A stretch of 64,000 bases of DNA, from positions 3,509 to 67,508 of the forward strand of contig JAFTDD010000020.1 of assembly GCA_017454355.1 (NCBI GenBank), given 5' to 3'. This DNA comes from Muribaculaceae bacterium (GTDB lineage Bacteria > Bacteroidota > Bacteroidia > Bacteroidales > Muribaculaceae). Of the stretch, positions 57,801-64,000 are shown piece after piece (position 1 is the stretch's first letter; each line of letters starts with the position of its first letter). The notes under the pieces were generated by a model that saw nothing but the letters and a program-made list of their open reading frames with translations, did not search any database and was not told where the DNA came from. The translations under genes and the position numbers were made by a program.

Positions 57801-58131
57801 CTGATGCGCTGTTAAACGACAACTGGCGGGGTGTGCCGCCGGTGGCGGGCATCACAAAAATGTCCATGCCGCCCTTGCGGTCGCTGGCAAAGGCGATTTG
57901 GCTACCGTCCGGGCTCCACACGGGGTGGGTCTCGTAACTGGGCAGCGTGGTGAGTTGGGAGGCGATGCCGCCGCTTGCGGCCACGGTGTAAATGTCGCCC
58001 TTATAGGTGAAGGCGATGCGATTGCCGTCGGGTGAGATTTGTGCATAGCGCAACCACAGGCCGTCAGTCTGTGCCATGGCTCCGGCGGCGAGCAGTGTTG
58101 CCGCCGCGAGTGTCGTCAGTCTTTTCATCAT
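54877..58131 (-). CDS. Tricorn-like S41 family protease (PD40 propellers, PDZ, S41 domain)
   Basis: Signal peptide from MMKRL; many 'WSPDG' repeats; 'GELNASHT', 'GYVHI', 'DTRWNGGG', 'YSNAH'. Confidence 0.92.
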   Translation of the reverse strand: MMKRLTTLAAATLLAAGAMAQTDGLWLRYAQISPDGNRIAFTYKGDIYTVAASGGIASQLTTLPSYETHPVWSPDGSQIAFASDRKGGMDIFVMPATGGTPRQLSFNSASETPWSFSPDGKYIYYSAAIQDPATSMLFPSSRLTELYKVPVEGGKSTRVLATPAEWAVWNAAGTQMLYQDRYGIEDEWRKHHTSSTTRDLWLYDAKSGRHTNLTNRAGEDRNPVWSPDGNRMLFLSERDGRNAINVYSQAIEAGAPATALTTFDRHPVRFLSVAKNGTVCFTHDGAIYTMPHSGGTPRKVTVVINHDDTDQVTRLNFTKGATAAAVSPDGKQVAFVVRGDVFVTNVEYGTTKRISATPEAEDDPTWSADGRTLVYASERGGTWQLVQATMARKDDPSFSNATVIDEQILAPDAKVERMMPRFSPDGTELAFIQDRNRLMVMDIKTKKIRQVTDGSTWYETNGGFAYSWSPDGEWFALEFIGNGRDPYTDVGIVSAKGGEITNITGSGYFSENPVWVMGGKAIMFSSNRYGMRAHGSWGSQDDVLLCFVNQDAYDRYRLSKEDYELLKELEKEQKKKDEKKTDDKKKDKKDDKAAEDPSPLINVELDGISDRVVRLTPNSSDIASAMVTPDGETLYYLSKFEKGYDMWKMDLRKHETKLINKMNASRARFMAAVKDDKSLFILGSGTMQKLTISGDKLASISFKAEMKMSLADEREAMFNHVARQIDKRFYNLNYHGVDWPRMVEDYRKFLPHINNNYDFAEMLSELLGELNASHTGSRYYPRGGEATADLGVIFDWSYTGSGLRVEEVIARGPLAHAGSKVRPGTIIDRINGEPITVENDYSLLLNGQAGRKTLLDLRDPATGAVWQEVIKPITKSELNNLLYDRWVKRNAAIVDSLSGGRLGYVHIKSMGDASYRDVYSQIMGKYYKRDGIVIDTRWNGGGRLHEDIEVLFSGKKYFTQVIRGREACDMPSRRWNKPSIMLQCEANYSNAHGTPWVYKHCGIGRLVGMPVPGTMTSVSWEDLQDDSMLFGIPIIGYRLPDGSYLENSQLEPDVKVANDPATVVNGVDDQLATAVRELLKEIGK

Positions 58132-58411
58132 TGATTTCGGTTTTTTGTAATGAAATTGCAAATATAGCAAAAAAAACTCACACTACCGCGTCCAAATTTT
58201 TTTTAACACCAATTTCCATGAATTTTAGACAAGAGAACATGAGGTTTTATGAGGTCATGAGATTCTATATTTGAGAGTTCACCGTAAAAAGTCGAGGTTT
58301 AATTTTTAACACGAATTACCATAAATTTTCCATAAATTTTGGCGTATAGGTCATTTTTTTGAGACACGTTTATCAGCCTTGTCTTTATTGTCTTCAGTGA
58401 GCAAGCCGGGT

Positions 58412-58735
58412 TTAGGCGTCGTAAGAGGCGTCGTAGGTGCGATTGGGGTTGCGGGGGAACCAGCCTTTTTTGACGCGCTCGCGTTGCTGGTTGACCTCGT
58501 GGATTGACCACAGGCACGAGAAGGCGGTGACACCCAGCAGCGACTGCCACAGCACGTCGCTCACGACGAGTGCCGCGCCGCCGGCGATGATGGCTCCGGC
58601 GAGGAACGCCCAGCGGCATTTCATGCCCCAATAGTATTCGCCCTTGATGACGAGGGGGTGGAAGACGCCGATAATCAGGAATGTTGCCAGGCCGATGGCG
58701 AGGCCGGTCAAGTTGTGTTGTTCGAGAAATTGCAT
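58412..58735 (-). CDS. DUF4491-family small membrane protein
   Basis: 'TFLIIGVFHPLVIKGEYY...WSI.E..QQRERVKKGWFP.NP'. Confidence 0.85.
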   Translation of the reverse strand: MQFLEQHNLTGLAIGLATFLIIGVFHPLVIKGEYYWGMKCRWAFLAGAIIAGGAALVVSDVLWQSLLGVTAFSCLWSIHEVNQQRERVKKGWFPRNPNRTYDASYDA

Positions 58736-58750
58736 TTTTTTCGTTTTTCG

Positions 58751-60775
58751 TTATTGATGGACGGCGCGAGGGGGCGCGTCATGGCCAACGGTGAGGCGGT
58801 TATCGTTCATGCGTTGCATGTATTGTTGGATTATGGCTTTGAGCAGGGTGAGTTCCCTGTTGACATCCTCGTGGCCGGCGAGGTTGTGGCGCAGCAGTGG
58901 GTCGGCGTGATAGTCGTAGAGGCCGATGAGCCGTGTGCCGTCAAACTGGAGCAGGCGGGTTGTGGTGACAAGTTGATAGATGCCGTCGTTGTAGGAGAAG
59001 GCCCACGAGCGGTCGGGTGCGGTGGCGAAGATGTCGTTACCGAAAGCGACGAACGAGCCCTTGTAGCCCAGCAGGTGCAACAAGGACGGCGTGAGGTCGG
59101 TTTGTTGCACCACGATGTCATCACGCAGGGCAGCCGGCAGGCTTTGGTCGGGAGTGTAGAGGATAATCGGGATGCGGTATCGGCCGAGGGCCGTGCTGTA
59201 GAGGGGCTGCGAGGTGACGTTAGTGTGGTCGGCGAGGATAACGAAGAGGGTGTTGTTGAACCATGGCATAGTTGCCGCGCGGCGGAAAAATTCACTCAAA
59301 GCGTGGTCGGTATATCGCACGGTGCGTAATATCGGTTGGCCGGTGTTCTTGAGCGTGTCGGGCAGGGTGGCGGCGAAGTGGTCGGGCACGTTGTAGGGGT
59401 GGTGGTTGCTGGCGGTGAAGATGGTGGAGATGAACGGCTGCGGCATGTGTTCCAATTCATCGAGCGTGTATTGGAGGAACGGCTCGTCGTAGATTGCCCA
59501 CTTGCCGTCCCAGTCATTATGGCCGGCACCCTTGTAGTTGGCGCGGTATTCGTTGAGACCATAGTAGCGTGTGATGCCGGCCGAGCGGGCGAAGGCGTCA
59601 AATTGCATTGAGCCGTTGTGGGCGCCATGGAAAAAGGCGGTTGTGTAACCCATCGTGGCGAGCATTGCCGGCATGGCGTTGATGTCGTTCATGGCGGCCG
59701 GTGTGAGGAAGAAGTTCTCGACCATCATCGGTATGCCGCACAATGTTGACGGCATGGCGTCCATCGAGACGCGTCCGTTGGCAAACGATTGAGTGAACGT
59801 GAGCGCGCGTGCGGCGATAGAGTCGACACACGGCGTGAGGGAATTTGAAAGGTTGACCGCCCGCAATTGACCGCCCGCTGTTGACTGACCGCCGTTGTAG
59901 AAGCCGATGTAGGAGGTGGCGAGGCTTTCGACCATGATGATGACGACGTTGTGCCCACGGCAAGGCGCGCCGATGCTGTCGCCGTCGGCCGGCAGGTGGT
60001 GGATGGGGGAGTAGACGGCCTCCATCTCGGCGTCGGTCATATAGCGCGGTGTGATGAACGGCTGCTTGCCGATGCTGCGGATGAGCGTGTAGGGGGTGTT
60101 AAGCACGAGCGAGGCGTCGGCCGGCCGGGCGGCGTAGAGGCGCGCCGTCTCGATATTCATCGGTTTGGTGCCCACGATAAACGAGCCGCGTATGCCGAGT
60201 ACGGTGAGCGTCGCTGTCGCGAGCAAAGCGATGGTTTGGCTGCCATAGTATGCCGCGCCGCCGCTATAGGCCATTAGGTCAGGTTTGCGGAACAGTCGCC
60301 AAAGGAGGAAGGTGATGCCGGACAGCGCTACCGCCAGATGCCAGTGGTTTATCACCTCTGTGAGGAAGATGGAGCCCAGGTTGCTCTCGGCGGCAAACTG
60401 GTCAAAGATTGTCATTGTGGCGCGTCGGCCACTGTATGGGAAGTAAACCGCGTCACACAGGCTGAGTGCTACTCCGACGGCGTTGGTGACCACAAAGAGC
60501 CACCGCATGGCGCGGTGAAAGCGGTCGTTTTCCTTGATGTGCAGCGGCAGCAGGGTGAGCAACAGGTAGAGGGCGTTGATGTAGAGGAGGGCCGCGGTGT
60601 CAAAGCGCAGGCTGCCTCTGAGCAGTGTGGGCAGCGCCGACCATGATAACGACGCGCCGTAGGTGTCGAGGTTCTCAAGGACAAAGATGAAGCGTGCCAG
60701 CATAAACGCGGCAAAAGCGAGCGCCATATTGATGGCGGCGCTCGCCGGTGCCGTGTGAAGCAGTCTCTTGAGCAT
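58751..60775 (-). CDS. LTA synthase / sulfatase-family membrane protein
   Basis: Probable start MLKRLL at 60775; N-terminal TMs; 'NVVIIMVES', 'FFHGA', 'IYDEPFLQ', 'SNHHPY', 'NTLFVILADH'. Confidence 0.9.
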   Translation of the reverse strand: MLKRLLHTAPASAAINMALAFAAFMLARFIFVLENLDTYGASLSWSALPTLLRGSLRFDTAALLYINALYLLLTLLPLHIKENDRFHRAMRWLFVVTNAVGVALSLCDAVYFPYSGRRATMTIFDQFAAESNLGSIFLTEVINHWHLAVALSGITFLLWRLFRKPDLMAYSGGAAYYGSQTIALLATATLTVLGIRGSFIVGTKPMNIETARLYAARPADASLVLNTPYTLIRSIGKQPFITPRYMTDAEMEAVYSPIHHLPADGDSIGAPCRGHNVVIIMVESLATSYIGFYNGGQSTAGGQLRAVNLSNSLTPCVDSIAARALTFTQSFANGRVSMDAMPSTLCGIPMMVENFFLTPAAMNDINAMPAMLATMGYTTAFFHGAHNGSMQFDAFARSAGITRYYGLNEYRANYKGAGHNDWDGKWAIYDEPFLQYTLDELEHMPQPFISTIFTASNHHPYNVPDHFAATLPDTLKNTGQPILRTVRYTDHALSEFFRRAATMPWFNNTLFVILADHTNVTSQPLYSTALGRYRIPIILYTPDQSLPAALRDDIVVQQTDLTPSLLHLLGYKGSFVAFGNDIFATAPDRSWAFSYNDGIYQLVTTTRLLQFDGTRLIGLYDYHADPLLRHNLAGHEDVNRELTLLKAIIQQYMQRMNDNRLTVGHDAPPRAVHQ

Positions 60776-60779
60776 AACA

Positions 60780-61066
60780 GTTGAGGGGTTGAGGGTTGAG
60801 AGGTTGAGGGGTTGAGAGGTTGAGGGGTTGAGAGGTTGAGAGGTTGAGGGGTTGAGGGGTTGAGAGGTTGAGAGGTTGAGGGGTTGAGAGGTTGAGAGGT
60901 TGAGAGGTTGAGGGGTTGAGAGGTTGAGGGGTTGAGAGGTAGTGTTGTCGTCACAGGCGGCCAGGCCAAGGCCAGGCCCTACATTTCTTCCCATTTGCGT
61001 CAGCAAATGGCTCAACCTCTCAACGCTCAACCTCTCAACCTTTCACCCAACCTCTCAACGCTCAAC
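60780..61066. repeat. Composite element copy 3: expanded GGTTGAGR octamer array, REP, hairpin and inverted octamers
   Basis: ~20 GGTTGAG(A/G) units; REP ...GGCCCTAC (60957-60982); CCCATTTGCGTCAGCAAATGGCT; CTCAACCT units. Confidence 0.85.
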
Positions 61067-61068
61067 CT

Positions 61069-62556
61069 TTATTTGGTGAGGCGGTTGGTGGCCAGGTCGT
61101 AGTGGAGGGTGCCCTCGGCGGTGGAGATTTCCAGGTCGGTGTCGCCGTGGGTGCCGCGGGCGATGTCGGTGGCGCCGCCGGCATAGATGACGAAGTACTT
61201 GCGGGTGTTCTTGTCAAAGCCGTACACCTTGCCGTCGTTGCTGCAGAAGGCGAGGTGTCCGCCCAGGTCCACCTTGCGTTTGGTGTCGCGCAGGTTGAAG
61301 ATTGGCTTGTCATAGGTTTTGACGGTCACCGCGGCGCCGCCCTTGTCGATGGTGGCCATTGCCTCGGCGTTCTCCTCGGCCCAGACGTCGGCCGCGTTAT
61401 CGGGGTCGTTGAGGCGCTCCTCCTCTTCTTGTCGCAGGCGCTCTTCCTCCTCGGCTTGCAGTTCCTCCTCGGTGGGGAAATAGATGCGCTTGACCTTGAC
61501 GGCCTCGTCGGCGAGGAACTTCATCTGCGGCGATGAGGTGCCTTGCAGCGGCTTGCCGTGGACGTAGGTGCGTCCGTCGTCATGCCGCTTGATGGTGCCG
61601 TCGTAGTCCAGCAGGTGCAACGCGTTGCCGTCCAGGTCATAGAGGCCCATCGTCACGCGCCCGTTGCCACCGGTGACGGAGCCCACCGGCAGGTTGACCA
61701 TGGCAAAGACCATCGCGTCGTGTCCGCCGATGGAGGCTGCGCGCGGCATGCTGCCCGGAGCGGTGCGCAACTCGGTCTCGCTCATGTCGATAGTGCGGCC
61801 GTCAAAGAATTTGGTCTCCTTGAGAGTTGGCATCCAAGTGCTGCCGCTGCGCTCGAGCACATAGACTTTGAGGAACGAGCGGTTGCCGTCATTGGCGCCG
61901 ATGGTGATGCCGGCGATGCGGTCCGGAGTGCCCGTTGCGGCGTTGCCGCTGAAAAAGACGGCGGCTGATGGCACCGCGTTGTCGCCTTCCAGGTTGTGGC
62001 GGCTGAGTTCGGTGGCAAACACGTCGAGCGGGTTCTCTACCTCGGCGGTCACTTGGCGGGTGACAGAGACGCTGTCGCCGCGCTCAAGGTCTTCGAGGCG
62101 TTGGTTGCCTCCATTACACATGCGCATGGTGAGCAGCAGTCCGATGATGACGGCCACCGCGGCGATTCCGATGCCCAGATTGCGGTAGAACGTGGTTTGT
62201 CCTTCCCCGTCCTCTCCTGAAGGAGGGGTGATCGGTTCTGTCTCAACTGCCGGTTCCTCTCCTTCAGGAGGGGCAGTGGGGGGGCTCTGAGGATCTGCTT
62301 CTGCCTCAATTGTCGGCACATCTTCTTTAGGAGGGACGGAGGGAAGCCCCGGAACTTTAGCCCCTTCCTCGGCCATATCGTCACGCACCATCTTGCCGCA
62401 CTTCGGGCAAAAGACGGCGCTGCGCGGTATCATCTCGCCGCAGGCCGGGCAGGGATATAGGTTGGCATCTGCCGGCTCGATGGCCAATGGCGTGCCACAG
62501 TTGTTGCAAAAGTGGGCTCCATTAGGAGCCTGATGACCACATTTAGGACATTCCAT
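61069..62556 (-). CDS. Double zinc-ribbon membrane protein
   Basis: CPKC...CNNC, CPAC...CPKC; Pro-rich linker; single TM; periplasmic domain. Confidence 0.75.
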   Translation of the reverse strand: MECPKCGHQAPNGAHFCNNCGTPLAIEPADANLYPCPACGEMIPRSAVFCPKCGKMVRDDMAEEGAKVPGLPSVPPKEDVPTIEAEADPQSPPTAPPEGEEPAVETEPITPPSGEDGEGQTTFYRNLGIGIAAVAVIIGLLLTMRMCNGGNQRLEDLERGDSVSVTRQVTAEVENPLDVFATELSRHNLEGDNAVPSAAVFFSGNAATGTPDRIAGITIGANDGNRSFLKVYVLERSGSTWMPTLKETKFFDGRTIDMSETELRTAPGSMPRAASIGGHDAMVFAMVNLPVGSVTGGNGRVTMGLYDLDGNALHLLDYDGTIKRHDDGRTYVHGKPLQGTSSPQMKFLADEAVKVKRIYFPTEEELQAEEEERLRQEEEERLNDPDNAADVWAEENAEAMATIDKGGAAVTVKTYDKPIFNLRDTKRKVDLGGHLAFCSNDGKVYGFDKNTRKYFVIYAGGATDIARGTHGDTDLEISTAEGTLHYDLATNRLTK

Positions 62557-62659
62557 AATCAAAAAAAATCAATTAATCTGCAAAGTTATCGAATTTTTCA
62601 CTAACTTCGCACATTAATTGTAAAAAACATTGATATTAACGATAAAAATACCGACAACG

Positions 62660-63400
62660 ATGATTAACCGACTGACATCGACAATCGCGATTGCCGCGCT
62701 ATGGCTGGGCGTGGCAGCCCAGAGTGGCGGTAATGCCACCATCGCCGACCACGAGGACGAAATCTACAGCCAGGAGCAACTGATTGACGCCAAGCAGGAC
62801 ACGATCAAAGTGATAGAGGACAGCATCCTCGTGCTCAAGGCGCATATCGATAGCCTGAACCGCCTCGAGAAAGAACTTAAGGGGCAGATCAGTGCGCTCG
62901 AGAAGCAGAAGAAGACCATGCAGAACGACATCAAGACGGCGAACAAGGCCCGCGAGGCGGCCTTTGACCGTCGCGACAACCTGGTGTATGAGAGCGAGGT
63001 GCTCGACGTGCTGATGATGCCGTTCAGCAAGCAGGCCGTTGACGAGGCTTTGAAGAGTTTTGAGGGTATGGAAACCAAGGATGTGCTCAAAAAGCGCGAA
63101 CTGGTTGAGAACTACGGCAGTTATACCCATGAACTGCGAGAGTTTATGAATAAGCAGAAGGCTGTCTTTGCCGCCGCCAAGTGGAAGTACACCGGCACCG
63201 AGACTCCTGAGGGAAAGAAGTTTCACAAGGCTCTCAAGAGCACTGACTATTACAAAATCTACGAGAAAGGCATCAAGAACAGCAAGAACGCCACTATCCC
63301 CTACCTCGATGAGGTAATCGAGGATATCCTCCAACTGGAGCACAGTGGCTTCACGAGCGAGAAGCAATACGATGCTGTCGCCGCCAAACTCTATGAATAG
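62660..63400 (+). CDS. Secreted coiled-coil hypothetical protein
   Basis: Signal peptide from MINRL; heptad-rich 'IDSLNRLEKELKGQISALEKQKK'. Confidence 0.7.
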   Translation: MINRLTSTIAIAALWLGVAAQSGGNATIADHEDEIYSQEQLIDAKQDTIKVIEDSILVLKAHIDSLNRLEKELKGQISALEKQKKTMQNDIKTANKAREAAFDRRDNLVYESEVLDVLMMPFSKQAVDEALKSFEGMETKDVLKKRELVENYGSYTHELREFMNKQKAVFAAAKWKYTGTETPEGKKFHKALKSTDYYKIYEKGIKNSKNATIPYLDEVIEDILQLEHSGFTSEKQYDAVAAKLYE

Positions 63401-63451
63401 ATTTTAGATTTTAGATGTTAGATTTTAGATGTTAGATGTTAGATATTGATG
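63398..63451. repeat. Heptamer array TAGAT(T/G/A)T x7 (left arm)
   Basis: Starts at the upstream TAG stop; 63420-63451 is 31/32 complementary to 63842-63873. Confidence 0.9.
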
Positions 63452-63486
63452 CTGTTTCTTAATATCTGTAATTATTAAATAAATTT

Positions 63487-63861
63487 ATGAAATCCAATGA
63501 TTTTAGACAACTGCTTGTGTGGCAGAAGAGTATGGATTTAACGGTTGAAATATATCGTTTGACCAAGTTATTGCCACGTGAGGAGATGTTCTCGCTTTCT
63601 AATCAGATGCGACGAGCGGTTGTTTCCATACCTTCAAATTTGGCTGAAGGTCAAGGACGAAATTCCAAGAAAGATTGCGTCAATTTCAATTCGATAGCCC
63701 GAGGCTCTCTATGGGAATTATCAACTCAGTTGGAGATTTGTGAGCGATTGAATTATCTTTCTGAAGCGCAAACCGCAGAAGCCAACCAACTCATTACCGA
63801 AATAAGCAAGATGATAACTGCACTGTCCAACAGCCTTATGTCATCTATATCTAACATCTAA
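63487..63861 (+). CDS. Four-helix-bundle protein (23S rRNA IVP / Avd-like, TIGR02436 type)
   Basis: 'FRQLLVWQKSMDL...LP.EE.F.L..QMRRAVVSIPSNLAEGQGR...IARGSLWEL.TQL'. Confidence 0.92.
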   Translation: MKSNDFRQLLVWQKSMDLTVEIYRLTKLLPREEMFSLSNQMRRAVVSIPSNLAEGQGRNSKKDCVNFNSIARGSLWELSTQLEICERLNYLSEAQTAEANQLITEISKMITALSNSLMSSISNI

Positions 63862-63873
63862 CATCTAAAATCT
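63842..63873. repeat. Inverted heptamer array (right arm) containing the four-helix-bundle stop codon
   Basis: CATCTATATCTAACATCTAACATCTAAAATCT. Confidence 0.9.
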
Positions 63874-63880
63874 CTCGACG

Positions 63881-64000
63881 ATGAGGCAGTATTTGGAGTT
63901 ATTGAGGCATGTTGTGGAGCACGGTGTGGACCGCGGTGACCGCACCGGCACGGGAACGCGCGGCGTGTTTGGCTACCAGATGCGTTTCGACCTGCGCGAC
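63881..64000 (+). CDS. thyA: Thymidylate synthase (5' part, runs off the window)
   Basis: [38 protein letters not shown]. Confidence 0.93.
   Translation, partial: MRQYLELLRHVVEHGVDRGDRTGTGTRGVFGYQMRFDLRD

Noticed and set aside
60776-61030. N-terminal (PLNLSTSQ)n extension of the sulfatase ORF
   Set aside because: Translation of the intergenic octamer array; the likely start is the ATG at 60775.
63487-63861. Diversity-generating retroelement
   Set aside because: An Avd-like fold is present, but no reverse transcriptase or TR/VR pair with adenine-specific mismatches is seen.

Overview
Chromosomal window from a high-GC Bacteroidales bacterium, probably Muribaculaceae/Prevotellaceae-like (TAnnTTTG -7 promoters, SusC/SusD, T9SS cargo). 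Housekeeping content: ispG, pfkA, a BT2261-BT2264-type SusC/D operon, a RecD-like helicase, a tricorn-like S41 protease, an LTA-synthase/sulfatase and the start of thyA. Accessory content: (1) an AT-rich T9SS-cargo + SpvB/FG-GAP/RHS toxin + candidate immunity module (2.5-9.4 kb); (2) a membrane sensor/regulator divergent from a cluster of small secreted proteins that includes a Cys-rich precursor peptide and a radical SAM/SPASM maturase (10-22 kb); (3) an ~8.4 kb candidate defence island (43.7-52.1 kb) bounded by a duplicated 43-bp hairpin. The island holds an AAA-DUF3696 ATPase plus an HDR/PLD-like partner, a WYL regulator and a split ShosTA-like HAD + PRTase + DprA module, and the same 20-bp operator sits at an identical position in both promoters. 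Intergenic DNA is full of nested palindromic elements, GTAG REPs, MITE-like elements and 7/8/9/10-bp tandem repeats; one inverted pair of heptamer arrays brackets a four-helix-bundle gene. No CRISPR array, rRNA, tRNA, integrase or transposase was seen. All assignments are from motif reading only; no searches were run.
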